Shown here: piece after piece, positions 26,293 to 39,805 of the stretch
Layout: every line of letters begins with the position of its first letter
Position numbering within the stretch: position 1 is the stretch's first letter
Origin: Epiperipatus broadwayi
Lineage: Eukaryota; Animalia; Onychophora
Direction of reading: 5' to 3'
Assembly (NCBI GenBank): GCA_028023455.1
Contig: JAQFVV010000006.1
Location: forward strand, 19,902,001-19,966,000
Length of the DNA stretch: 64,000 nucleotides
The notes under the pieces: generated by a model
Seen by the model: only the letters and a program-made list of their open reading frames with translations
Databases searched by the model: none
Told to the model about the DNA's origin: nothing
Translations under genes and position numbers: made by a program

Positions 26293-26337
26293 ACACAACG
26301 TTTTGAGTAGTATTATTCTCCACTCTTCTTCAGGTGT
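26293..26337 (-). ncRNA. Minimal type I hammerhead (G12 mutated to A)
   Basis: ACAC-CTGAAGA-A-GAGTGG(agaataata)CTACTC-AAAA-CG-TT-GTGT. Confidence 0.75.
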
Positions 26338-26535
26338 TGCTGGCCTATATGCACAGTGACAATATTTGCTTAGAAGTTGAACTCGTACCTTTAGATTCTT
26401 GAATATCGAATTTAAGGCAAACACTCTACCAACTGAACCTTTGGTAGAGCATTTGCCTTAAATTCGATATTCAAGAATCTAAAGGTACAAGTTCAACTTC
26501 TAAGCGAATATTTTCACTGTGCATATAGGCCAGCA

Positions 26536-26580
26536 ACACCTGAAGAAGAGTGGAGAATAATACTACTCAAAACGTTGTGT
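26536..26580 (+). ncRNA. Minimal type I hammerhead (G12 mutated to A)
   Basis: Identical to the motif in the opposite arm; stem I ACAC/GTGT, stem III ACGT, GUU triplet. Confidence 0.75.
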
Positions 26581-29500
26581 AATTACTAACCTGTATTGTC
26601 TATTTGTGTGTTATTACTAACAAGTTGTTTGAATTTGGAAAGTTTAAATAAAGTTTAAAATTTTCTGTACATTCAACATTCACTCATAAATGATTGAAAT
26701 AGTCCAACATATCACATCTTAAAATCATATTTGTTTTTACCCTTTACATTGTTACAAATATTACTATTATATAAAATACTTTTAAAAAATTTATTAGAAT
26801 AGCCAACACTCAAATAATCATTATAGAATTGACCTTTCTGAAACAAAGCTACCCCCATTAGAATTATTTAATTTCTTATTCCTATAACAATAATTTCTTA
26901 AAGCAGCTACTTTATGAGATACAAATTGATAGCTATCAGGTTTAATTATATATATTAATTCTTTACTTTTAACACAATAACTCTGAGCAAATAGACTTTA
27001 CATTTCTAATCACCAATAGATCTAAAAATTTTAATTTAACAAAATATAACCCCCTCCTTCTACCATACATTTTATAGAAGGATCAAAACAATTTAACTTA
27101 TTTACCAACTCCTTCAATTTATCATTCTCACCTACAAGCAAACTATCAACAAGTTTAACAAATAACTTTAAAAATAAACAGTCCTTCTTAATTATAATTT
27201 CCTCTTTCAAATAATGAATATAAGCTGAACAAGGTAAAGGAGAAATAATAAAACTTATTATCCACTCTTCCTTCATCTTATAAAAATTACCATTATAAGT
27301 TGAAATGGTATATATTGACACACATCCCATTTCACCTACTATATTTCATAGTAGTATTTATTAGAGTTTAAATCTATCCAAATGTATGTATATATATATA
27401 TATGTATATCTGATTATATTTCATATGATAAATGTAAATTGTATAAACATCATTATATATGTATTAACACACCTATATATATGCGAGTGAAGGTGTAACA
27501 TGATAGATTTAAAGCATTGCAATACAATTATATTATTTTAAATCTTTAATTTGTTATAAATTTAATATACAAATTTATTCTTATTTCATTTAAGACTTGC
27601 ATATAATTTCCAATTCCAGAGGTGACCAAGATACATATATAGCAGAATGTTTACATTAAAAAAATTAGTTTTAAAAATAATTCTTAGAAAGAATATCATA
27701 CCACATGCATCTGTGTTAAACTTGCATGGAGGTCAAAAACAGATTTTAAAAGTAACAAATTTAAAATATATTTTAGAAAAAGTGAAATCATCCAAACAGC
27801 ACTATTTTAAATTTGTTAGAGATTTCCTTTTATTCTTACAGAGGTACCAATGTAAAATTTAAAAAGATGCTAAAATCAAAGATTAAATTTTAAAGTTATA
27901 AATAAGTTAATAGGTTTGTGATGGGGGTATCAGAAAACTAATATAAAAACCCCAAATTTCAACACTCAAAATCCCCTCTCTATTATAAGTAAAGCAGTTG
28001 CTGTCAGTCTGTTTTAAAAATGAATATGATCAGCTAGGAAAGCCCAGATTTTCCATCTTCCTTCAGAAGAGAGGTGATTTTCTATATGATGCAAGTCATC
28101 ATCATCATCATGGAATGGAAAAGACCAGTTCTACCAGCTTCCAAGAAGACATCAGGAGACAACCTATTAAAAAGTGTCAGTGCTTATTAAAATGCCAGAT
28201 GACTCAGCCCAGAAGAAGATTGGTAATATTTGTTTTCGGCAGAGCTCTCTAAAAATAATCTTTAATTAAATTATTTTTAATAAGTTTCTTGAGCTAGCTA
28301 TCTGTAATGAATGTTCATCAATCATAAACTTATAAATAATAACTTCTCAGGAAGTTAAATTATATAATTATAAATCTTTAAATGTAATTCTAAAATAAAC
28401 TTATAACTGTAACAGAGTTACCTATTAAATGAATGTAATTGTAATTTTAAATAACTTCTCTTAAATGTAATAACTGTAACTAGTTATTATCTACACTTTT
28501 CTAATCTGCGGTCATGCCTACGCTATTTTACTTTATTTTATTTTATTGATATGTTATGATATGCCATCATTCAAAGCAGAGATAAGTAATTTAGTAAACT
28601 TTAGAGAAAAATAAGTAGAGGCTCTCCAGTAAAAATATTTTATGCTGTCTTTAGCAAAAATAAATCTATGTTTTGGCATCTATTTTTATATATAACAACA
28701 GACTGCTAGGCAATCATTATATATGTATGTTTATTTAGGCTATTATGTACTAGCTTATCAGTGAGGTTTGTGAATTAATGAAATATATGTATAATTAGAT
28801 AATTGCAGGGATGATATTTAAAAGGCATATTAGTAATTATTAATTAAGCCCCGAAATATGCTTTTCTCCTTTCTATTTTATTAGATGAAATATTTAGATT
28901 TAATATCCCTAAAGTAGGTTACTTTAGAGAAACACCTCATAGTATGTTTGAAGTATGCTAATTGAGAACTGGAGCAAGGTACTTTCACAGAACAAAACTA
29001 TAATATTTTGCATATTTAGTTTAAATTCAATTTTAATATTAATAGTCTTAAGTAAGTGTCATGAATGTATTCTTACTAAACACTATACATGTATATTTAT
29101 GTATTGTTATGCTTTCTTTGTTAAAATGGGCTGATGGTGATCACCACCCCATAATTTAGTTCAGATGGCCACATTAGAACTGAAACATGAGGGTCCAGAA
29201 ACCAAATGTAAAGCTTCTCTGACACCCAACTAATGTTCCATTATGCTAGCAAGTCATATGGTCCAAAGGAACTGAGTACTTGGTACTGAATCCTGTGAAT
29301 AATTATATATTCATATCATGCCACCTTCTTAGTAATTTAGTGCCATAGTATCAGAAGCTCTGCTACATTCTCCTGTTCATTCTGCCTTATTGTGGTTAGA
29401 GTTCCGCATTAGTCTGAACACATAATCTAGTTTACTTAAGTAATCTGTACATGGAGTGTATTTATTGCTCATAATGTTTATGTTAGTATGAATTGATTAT

Positions 29501-31054
29501 CTTTATCATACACCACCCCTGTAAGATTTACTTCTCATAGCAAACCCAGAATAGTTGGAATAACATATCTCTAGGCATGAATATTAATCGCAGGTAATAA
29601 ACTATAATAATTATATATTAAAAGTGCATTCCACAAGATGAGACTCCTGTAACCTAAATTAGCTCATCATTGTTATAACACCTACATATCTAAAACTTAA
29701 CCAATGCACATCTGTTTGTTTTTATGTTAATTAATTTGCTTGTTTTATTTATTAAATATATTTAAATTGTAATTCTGTTTCCTGTATCTCTCACAATCTT
29801 TATGAAACCGATAATAATAGTAATTAAAATTCTTCTGAATGTAGAAAATCAAATTACTGTATGTGGTTTCGTCTCTTGTATGATTTAATCTAATGATAAG
29901 GTGATGTATTTGGGAGCTGAAATGTTGTGGTTAAAGATTAGTCTGCAATTACAATATTTGAAGGCCACATAATTTCCCAAGGAAAAAACTATTTATTTAT
30001 TTAAATTCAAAAGACTTTACTGTTGAATCTAGAAGAATTTTATTTGGGTTTACTTTTGTACCCATTTATTTTATTGTTCAAAGAAATTATACTGGGGGAG
30101 CTTTTATAAAGGACCTCCCATCTATCATTTTTCGTCACTACATTCTGTTGCCACATATAAACTAGTCAACCTAAAAACTTCTCTGAACAAACATTTGAAA
30201 AAATTGTAATTAATTTCAAACTCTATTTGAATTTCAAAGTAGCTACAATCATCATCGTCCTTTTGATAAATCCTAAATTATTATTTTTATTATAATACTG
30301 TTTTGTTTTTACAATTAAAGTCAGATTTTAGATCTCACAGAATTACTTTTGTACAATGTAGAACACTTCATATTTAAATGCTTTCCCCCCCCCCCCATAA
30401 AAACTCAAATATAATACTAAATTCCAATTACATCAAAAAAGCTTTTTCTTTTTTTAAAGATGCTGTTTTATGTTTTTTTTTTTTGACTGCAACAAATTGA
30501 TTTATTTACACAGACACCATGATGACATAAAATGCTTTTAATAAAAACGCACGATTTCTGTTTTAATTCTCATTTTAAATTTCCCTTGTTTCTTTCTTTT
30601 AAAGATAAATTAGTTAAACTATTAAATTTTGTTAGAAAATAACAAATTTTATTTAAAAGTTATTGCCAGTGGAATTTAAAAAAATGTTTCTTTTCAAAAT
30701 AAAATCGGCCTTTTAACAGCTTGTTGTTAAATATAGTTTTCAAACAAAATAAATTTGAGTAAACTGTTTTTATAAATAAGAAATAGAGTATGTGCACATA
30801 TAACCCATTCATTTTGTTTAAGGAGCAAGTTTCATATAGGGTTCTATTTTAAGACAGTTTCTCCATTAAAATCAATATGGACTCCTTTTAAACCTTTAAC
30901 CTCGCAAACTCTGTGGATTGTGTATTTTATCTATTTCAGTAATCCCTGTGTAGAACATCATTTTTATAGCTCTCCGTAGAACACGTTATATTTTGGCACA
31001 TTTGATATTATTTCATAATTGTTACTCGTAAAGTGTACTTGTAGTTTAAATTAA

Positions 31055-31064
31055 TAGATGGCGC
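31055..31064 (+). promoter_or_regulatory. Candidate CTCF-type site
   Basis: TAGATGGCGC matches the arthropod CTCF core consensus TAGRKGGCGC and lies in a locally CpG-retaining stretch (30540-31150). Confidence 0.35.
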
Positions 31065-33293
31065 CACTAATAGTACTGATGAGATTGTGCTTTGGACAAA
31101 ATTTCATTTGGTTTTCTATAATGAAGCAATTTTCGAATGAATCTTTCCGTTATTAAAAAGCAAAACATTTGATTTAGTTAAGCAAGTACATTTTTTTTCT
31201 AGACTAATCATTAAAATAGTATTTAATATTAATAATTATTTTCTAATTAAATAATTATTTTAAATTATATATTAGACTTTTTTCTAATCTTTGAGAACTT
31301 ATAATTTGAGACAAAATACATGCAAAAGTCAATATGAGTAAAACAATATTGAAAATTCTTTAAAAAATATTTCTCATTTTCTCTTTATTTTAGAAGATAT
31401 ATAAAATATAATTACCATAAAACATATTTTTAAAAGACAAATATATTAATAAATTATATTTAAAGAATTACATGGAAATACAAAAAATATCAAATCGGAA
31501 AAAATAACTTGTATTATTGTTATGCCAAGCTAAAAAAATTCTGTTTTTTTTTTTTAAACCTTATTTTACCCATCCAATTGTTTTGAGAATGTTTTTTATT
31601 TGTTTAATATATAATTCATTTTCTTTTTTATCATTTTTTGAATAAAATATTTCTAATCTTAAGTTTTGATCTACAATCTTTATTCTTTCAGTTTTCTTTA
31701 GAAATATCTATATAAACATAATCAATGACCACTTGATTAGTTTTTGATAGCCGTTGAAGTGCATACTTTTAGAAAACTCAAGAGTTAGGGATTTATGAAA
31801 TGCAGCATTATTTCCATACTTGAAAGTTGTTTAATCTTTTGAATGACAAGCTATTTGATCCCTTTTTTGCTGTTGAGGCGTACTGACTTGTACACCCATA
31901 TCTAAAGTGTCCTCATTATTTCTTCTATAATTTTTTATCCAATGACTTGAATGTTCTACCATAGTAAGAATTTAAGAATCCAATCCAACTCTTTTATGTT
32001 TATTTATAAGCCTTTCCTTTCACAAGCAATATGCTTTTGTGTGTAAAACCAATACTTCCAGTTGGAAATTAGACTTCATGCTATGATAAAATTCTAGTTG
32101 TTATGAAAGACAAATTTTTGTTTGAATAAAATTATACAACCCATAATACCGAAAAGTACTTTTATGATGTACCCCAGAAGTTGCAAAAGTTTTACAATCT
32201 ATGTGCCAATTTCATGAGTTTAGATGTGTCACACAATTTTTGTCCTACTATTCTACTTTTGTATGATAATAGAAATAAATAATATTTAGCATTGTTTCAG
32301 TGTATAATATTATAGAAAAATATTTTTCACTTTGATGAGAGTTGTGAGGCTGATTTGCTTTCACCAGACTCTTTTAATGCTTGCTAATAAAAGAAAAAAT
32401 AATAATTCTCACAGAGGATAATGTCTTTTCAATGTAAACATGTCAATTATAAAATGAAAGTTAAAAATTACTACAAATTTATTCTGGATTAGGCAATTCA
32501 AGATTAAGTAAGTGTCAAAAACACATTGACAAAGTGAATGAAGATGACTCCCCCTTATACTTTGACAGATTGCATTTTAATTGTTATTACAACATTTTTA
32601 AAATACAGCATTATTTTACAAAATCTGGGCTTAGGTTTTATTTTTATAATTAGAACATCAGTACACTATATTCAATTCCACAATGGACCAAGTTTGAACC
32701 CCATCCCTGCTGTGCAAGATATTCATATATATATAAATTTCTCTATGTAATTAATAACTTTAAAAAAAGAATCTACTCTATTTGAGTGAGTGTAAAATAA
32801 TATTTTAATTTGTTTCATTAAAAAAAGCTATGATACAGACCAATTTATTACTAGAAAAGATTTCATAAAAATATTGATGAGAAGATAAATATTATTGATA
32901 TAATCTATAGCTAGTCTTTTCTACAACAGATACTCATAAAGAAACAGTGGATATGAAAGCATTAGTGATTCTAATTGCTAGTTATGAGAATGCCCACATT
33001 TATTTTGCACTCAAGCTGAAAATAATAAGATACCAATTTATTTACCAAATGTATATATATATTTCTCACTGAAATGAATATGTAAACATAATCAACTTAT
33101 AATAAACTAAATATTAGCCTTTCAAGCTAATATACATGCACTTTTTACGAATGTTAATAATAATAAATGAATACTTTCATTTCCAACCCAAGATAAAGTC
33201 TTTGCGAACGAATAAATGAATCCACTTATTCATTCAACCCAAATGCTTATATATGGGCAAATCTTAAGTACTGGATTTGAAAGCATAAGGATA

Positions 33294-33731
33294 AATCAAC
33301 TTAACAGACAACTATATATTTTAATCATATATTTGTTTTCAACAGACAACTATGTATTTTAATCATATATTTGTTTTCATTGCTTCAACTTTCATTCAAA
33401 ATTGAATCTTGTCAAGATGTTACAGTAATTCAATATGTCATGTGATTTAATATCATCTTAGCACTCCATCTACTGATCAATCTTAATCCTAAAAATATTT
33501 TTATACTTTCCAATTTTTATTTAATGCCCATTGTCCTCCCAACTTTATCGAGACTTGAACTGAACATTTTTTAGGATTGAGGTTGGTCAATACAAAAAGT
33601 GCTAAAATGATATTAAATCACATGGCATATTGAGTTAATGTAATATCATGACAAGGTTCAATTTTGAACAAAAGTCGATTAGATGAAAATAAATATATGA
33701 TTAAAATATATAGTTGTCTATTAAGTTGATT
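33294..33731. repeat. Diverged fold-back with hammerhead remnants
   Basis: 33294-33497 is inverted relative to 33566-33731; minus arm CTTGACAA-GATTCAA(tt)TTGAAT-GAAA-GTTGAA, plus arm CATGACAA-GGTTCAA(tt)TTGAAC-AAAA-GTCGATT; 39-bp tandem duplication at 33303-33380. Confidence 0.8.
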
Positions 33732-33806
33732 ATATTTATATATTCACTTCAGTGAGAAACTATATAAGAAAGACAACATAATGGTTCTAAAAGGAATAAG
33801 CATCAA

Positions 33807-33809
<3 letters not shown>

Positions 33810-33845
<36 letters not shown>

Positions 33846-33860
33846 ATATATATATATATA
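33810..33860. repeat. (TA)n microsatellite
   Basis: Interrupted TA run. Confidence 0.95.
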
Positions 33861-35393
33861 TTATAAGTTTGTTATATAGCACACAATAATAGTGTATGCA
33901 CATATATATAAAGTTAAAAGAAAAAGTAAAAATAATCACAGATATAAATTTTTGTACATATTTTTCTACCTTCCTGGAATAATAATCCTATAAAGGGTTA
34001 AATAATTCTGAATTTAGAATAAAACTTCATTATGAAATAATCATAAAAAAAGATCTAATATTTTTATTATTTGTAATTCTGATTTTGAACTTAAAACAAG
34101 CATGGTTTATTTTTTAATTAATGCTTGTATACATATCTATTATCTATTTTTAAAAGCTTTGTAGATTATGCTTTGATAAGATTGTCAAACTTGCTTTCAA
34201 AGGAATTAGAGAGCTAAGAAAAAAGTTTTAAATTAATTAATTGGTAAATTTCTATTTATGTAGAAATCTTTATATATCACACTTTGATAAAAATTTCAAA
34301 GTTGCTTTCAAAAGGATTAGAATTGTTTTTAATCAAGAAAAAAAGTTTTAAAATGTGTTTTTATCACCTCGGATGACTGTTATAAAAAGAGTGGATAAAA
34401 ATATTATTACAGTTTGGCTAGCAAAGTTTTTGAGAAGCAGTTGGCTAAGAGTTAGCTTTAAAGTTGGTTTTAATATTTTTGACATGCAGAATAGCTAGAG
34501 GCAGAGATGGAGAGTTATAGAAAAATAACTTCCATGGAGATCTAAGGGAGGACAAGTCCAGCAGCTGCCTTATAATTTACTATAGTTTTAATTCACCTGA
34601 AGTCTGGGTCTTCTAATGGATCAATTATCCTTAAATGTTTTCTGGTCTGAAACTCACCAAGCCCTAGACAGGAGGGAGCTTGTGAAATGTCAACATACCT
34701 GATTATACTTTACTGATTCTGACAATTGATTGGACTATGCCTATTCTGGAATGATCAACTCATTATAAGAATTCCATCAGCTTGATGAAGAAGTAGTTAT
34801 ATATATGCTGCTGTGTCTATATCCAGAGAAGCACAGATAATTGTATATACAATGGTGAGTAATGTTATATACAATGATAATGAAAATTTAAATATTTTTC
34901 AGTAAAATGAAATAAAAAATATAACTTAAAATGCAAGTAATAATTTTTTTCGAATTTAAATCTACATGTTAAATTTAAAGCCATTATAATTAGTTAAATG
35001 TGATCTGTGATAATGATATATATATCAAGACTTATAGAATTATATATAATAATGAAAATTTAAATGATTTCTTTGGTAGAAATGACATTAAAAAAATCTA
35101 TATATTTTAAAGGAAGACAAGTAAAATTTTTCTTGAATGAAATGATTGATTCATAGACACTTCTAAAACTCCAAAATATTTTAGGGTACAAAAAAAAAGA
35201 AAAATGAAAAGAAATTTGCTGGAATATATATTTTTAAAAAGACATTTATAATTAATTAAGAGTAACCTGATAAAAAAAGAACTTTTCTAACCTATCAAAA
35301 AATAGATTTTATTTTATTTTTAAAAAAAGAAAGGAAAAAAGTCTTTATTATTAAAGCAGTGAAATTTATGTATTTTAACCAAGGAATTAATTA

Positions 35394-35465
35394 TGGAAAA
35401 TATATTTTGAATAACTTTTATTATTGTTTTGGAAAATATATTTTGAATAACTTTTATTATTGTTT
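35394..35465. repeat. Perfect 36-bp tandem duplication
   Basis: TGGAAAATATATTTTGAATAACTTTTATTATTGTTT twice. Confidence 0.95.
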
Positions 35466-38289
35466 GTCAAATCAAAAATATACAAATATCAATGTACACA
35501 TACATTTTTATGTGCCCAAACATATGTTAATTAAATGGTATAAAAATGAAGTTTTATTATTTTGATAAATTCAAATATATCACACATATGTGCAAATTAT
35601 ATATATATATGCGTGTTTAAGTAAACCTATTGGAACATCTATGTAAAACACAATGTAGTAAATTAAATTTTGTTTTGTGTTAATCAAATAGAGCAGATAG
35701 GTAAAATTTAATCATTTTTTTATTTTATTAAATGTCAATTCAAATGTATTCAGTATAAGATGTGTGTCTGTGTACATATCTATATATGTGTGGGATGTCA
35801 ATCCATTAAGAAGTATTGTAAATCAAGGTAATAACTTGGAATTTGTATTAATCCTGTAAATTACATGTGAGTTTTTTTTTGTATGTTACTCAAAATCAGA
35901 AGACTTAATTGATATATGTATAGCCATGTTCTAAAGAATTTAATTTCATTTTTTTTTGTTGTTAATAAACTTGACTTCTTTTGCTAAAATTATTCCAGAG
36001 AACTTTGTCTCTTAGTCACAATACAGTAACAGAGTTTATGTTCTCTGAGATTCACACATAACTGTCTGATATATAAATGGTTATATATTTAGTGCTTAAG
36101 GAACATCCAGTATGATTGATATATCTTGGTTGACACATAAGATTTTAGTTTAGTTTTATTGAAATCTAAATTTATAGTTTGGCTATTACATTAATGGTAC
36201 TAAGTGGCCAGAGCATTGATGATGATCAGCATGTTTTAATATCTTAGCATTATTGTTTATTTGGTTATATTCATATGGATTAGCACTTAGTTGGTGCATC
36301 CAAGTAATGGGTAAATAATTGCCCAAGCTGGCAAAGGCTAAATAGTTGGCCTGGTCTATAGTAGACCCATTTCAAATCCAGCCACAAGATGTACTGTTGA
36401 TTTATTGTATTGATATATTTTGATTGATCATTTATGATGATGAAGGGTTTCTTATTACGTGAGTATTACTTATACTTATTCATAATGCTGTTTGGTTTAT
36501 TTATTATACTTACAGTTACTGATTATTAGCTAGCTCTGATTTCAGAGAGATCTCTATAAATATCTCATTCTCTCTTATAACATATAATAAACCTTATATA
36601 TTGTGTGATAATAAACATTTCTTTAATACCTCTTACTTACTTGAAATATCTCTATATCTTACTTTAATCTTATAACTTAAAGATTATACTTGTTCATTAA
36701 ATTTAAAATATTTTGAACCAGGGTTGATGATGATTTGCCATCACTTCATATTCATCCATCTTCTCCATCCCATTATAATATATATTAAATAATATAGCAT
36801 TTGAATATATAAGTAATGTAAATGAAAAAACCAATCATCCTTCCATAAATGCATTATAAATAGATAGTACTCCGTTGATTGGGTTGCCAACCATTCTTAA
36901 AGCCTACAACCAAATTACCCAAAATTCATTGATAGTACTGGAAATAGAGTTCAATCTAATTCAATAACCAGATGTTTTAAAAAAAAACAGTATATTCTTA
37001 CAAATAATAAGCTGATCAAAAATAATGGGGCCTTTAAATTCGATTGTACTCTATTTTCACCACTGACATTCACCCTTATCAACTGACTCTTCTATTATCA
37101 TAAAAATATTATTTTAATATCACAACCATGATCTATTTGATGTTAAAGTGCAAATTATAATAAAAAATGATTTGAAAATTCAATATTATTTAGACTTCAG
37201 ATAATTTAAATAATAGCTCTGTGATGTAGATTTAAACTTGAACATTAAAAGAATTATTTTGGCAGTATTTAAATACAAATGATTTCCTGTGTTAACTGAA
37301 ATACTGGAGGTCTTCTAAGGCATTTGATAAGGGTGATTGATAATCTAAAACACATGGTTTGTGAAGATGATCTTGACTTTTTTTTATCATATGGCAATAT
37401 AGGGTAAAATAAATGATTGCAGTACACTTCTCTTTGAAAATTTAACATTTTTATTTTTTTTGCAAATAATTTCATCCTTCTGGTTGTTTATCTACAATTA
37501 ATATAAATGCAAATTAATAGCAGGTTCCCATGTGAATACCTCTTGAATATAGAATATTTTGACCATGAGATAAAAATATCTTTTCATTATAGTTTATTTT
37601 TTATATTCACAGTCACATACTGAGTAATAACATTCTATTTATGCATTATTAGTGCAAAGGAGTATATAATAATTTACAAGGATTACGTTAAAAGTTGATA
37701 TATAATCCGTGCACAGAAATAGAGGAAACAGAACAGATTTTTTTAATATTATGCATTCAGAAGTAGTTCTCTCCACTCTATTTCAGTACTCTCTACTAAG
37801 CTCAAACTATATTCTCATATTAATTTCTGGCTCAAGGTATTTATTCACTAATTACTTATTCTTACAGTAGATGACTCTGGAGATGGAAAAAACTAGTGTA
37901 AGTTAAATGAAAGCATAAAAAGATATGTGATGTTTTATTAGGATTCTGCACATATAATTAACCAATTATCTAAATAAATATATACATTTTTTTTTCAAAA
38001 CTGCCCATTAATTTCAATATATAAAAATAATTGTTTTTAAGTTCATTATTTTCATTTTCTATAGTATATTATTCTACAATTTCATTTACATTTTGATCAT
38101 ATTCAATGATCATTTTCAAAGTCTATTTCCAATTATTCCTTCATCATCACAATTATTTTCAACTATTATCAATTTACTACAGTATAAATATAATTTTAAG
38201 TTTAATCCAATTTTTCTGATTCATAACTTATTTTCTCCATATCATTCCAGTAAACTTTCTTAACATATCCACTTATCATACATGTAATT

Positions 38290-38475
38290 TCCTCTTAAAT
38301 AATTTAAAATCTCTTGAGGTCCAATTTAAGGCTTCAACTGACCATTTAGTATCATCTCTTCTAGCAACAAATATTTTAGCCTTTTAATTTTTTCAATAAT
38401 GTCAAATATATGTTATTTTCTCAACCATATATTTCTTTGATCCTTTCTTGACACCTATAATCTACTTCTCTCTAC
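38290..38475 (-). mobile_element. RTE family 1 3' fragment, old
   Basis: Reverse complement aligns with 16690-16860 (..ATATGG..GACATTATTGAAAAAATTAAAA..GCTAGAAGAGATGATA..). Confidence 0.7.
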
Positions 38476-38522
38476 ACTTTGTTGTGAGGTCTGACATCTT
38501 TTTTTCCCATATGTCATAGCAT

Positions 38523-38606
38523 CTGCCAGGAGGTGAACCCACAATCGTCCGCAACCAACTATTTGCTTGCAAGGCGCTTGCGCTGACCTCTTGGCTAACA
38601 ACGCTT
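38523..38606 (-). mobile_element. tRNA-derived SINE head with CpGs retained
   Basis: Minus strand GTTGTTAGCCAAGAGGTCAGCGC...CTTGCAA...GTGGGTTCACCTCC (A and B boxes); GC-rich against background. Confidence 0.6.
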
Positions 38607-39133
38607 GACAGGTCTTATTTTTTTGTTAAGTATCCAAGTCTCTGATCTATTTGGAAGGATTGGAAATACATATTTATTAACAAACTTTTAAAAAAATATA
38701 GGCATTATTTCTTTGAATCTTAAATTAGTTTTAGCAAAAACATTCCACCAAAGTCTAATTCTGTAATTAATTTTATTCATCATCCTTCCATATGTATTAC
38801 TAATCTGATCAAGATATTTGCAATGGTTAACTTTTTAAAATTTATTACTATCAATTTGTACTTTTTTTTTTTTGATAAATTTAAACAAAACGAAGTGAAA
38901 GTAATTGTATAAAGAAATAAAACAAAATTCAGAATGTCTATACAATATGATTGATATATAGGTGGAATTATATAATTTTTTTTTTAAAAGACATATGTAA
39001 AATTTTCACTATATTTGCACACTTTTAAAACATATAGATAAAAATATCTGAAAGAGAAAGATAAATAATTCCCAAGTTGTAATAAATCATTTGGCCCAGG
39101 TTTTTATCTCTTATTTATTTTTCCATCATTTGT

Positions 39134-39805
39134 TCAGTATTTATCAATATTAAGATATTAAAATTTGATTTACTAGTATCAATGTTTTAGCACTTATAAC
39201 TTTGACACTAACAACTTTAGTGCATACATTAATGATTATAATTAACCATTTATTAAATTAGAGATATAAAGTTTATGTCTGAGCTAGAAATAACCTCTAC
39301 TTTAATAAATTGTTAACAATAATCATTAATTTACTTATCTGAAGTAGTTGATGCCAAAGTTATGAGCAGAGAAAATCCAATACTTGCAAATCAAATTGTA
39401 ATAATTTAATATTAATAAATACCGAACAAATTATGAAGATATAGGAAAAACGTTAAAATCCAGGCCAAACGAGAGTACTGATTCAGCACAAAATGTTCAT
39501 CCTGGGACTCGTGTCTTTCTCAAATCTTTTTATTCTTGTATTTGAAGACGGTATAGTGGAGGATTTAAGTACATCCTACATATGGGAAAAGAAAATGAAA
39601 TGAAGTTACACTATATGGTTTTATATAATTGAAAATACCTATATTAATTTTAAATGAAGCTCAAAATTTATAACTGGATTAGAGATAATCTCTAGTTTAA
39701 TAAATGATTAGTAATAATCAGAAATGTATTTATCTGAAATGGTTGGGATCAAAGTTGTGAGGGTATAAAATTTGACACTTATAAATCAAATTATAATAAT
39801 AAGAT
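39134..39805. repeat. Old inverted pair plus a third direct copy
   Basis: 39134-39240 is inverted relative to 39319-39425; 39680-39805 is a diverged direct copy of the right arm. Confidence 0.65.

Larger units (their letters stand above)
26125..26719. mobile_element. 595-bp palindromic insertion: two divergent tRNA-head + hammerhead units, 15-bp direct repeat
   Basis: Arms 26152-26432 and 26441-26721 (281 bp, about 12 mismatches, 8-nt loop); TAAAATCATATTTGT at 26110-26124 and 26720-26734. Confidence 0.92.
26030..27330 (-). mobile_element. Penelope-like element RT fragment, interrupted by a palindromic insertion
   Basis: YNGNFYKMKE..IISP...LNCFDPSIKCMVE (PLE RT); colinear with 59860-60430 on both sides of the 26125-26719 insert. 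Confidence 0.85.

Noticed and set aside
27998-28252. ORF with poly-His
   Set aside because: The His run is a (CAT)n microsatellite; no motif support.
29160-29195. CAGATGGCC-acatta-GAACT-GAAACATG
   Set aside because: Resembles an eroded hammerhead but the core and stems are incomplete and no partner arm was found.
31070-31110. CTGATGAG...GGACAAAA
   Set aside because: Stem II cannot form.
30885-34001. TTAA-CC(C)TTT piggyBac-like ends
   Set aside because: Only about 10 bp of match and no internal evidence.
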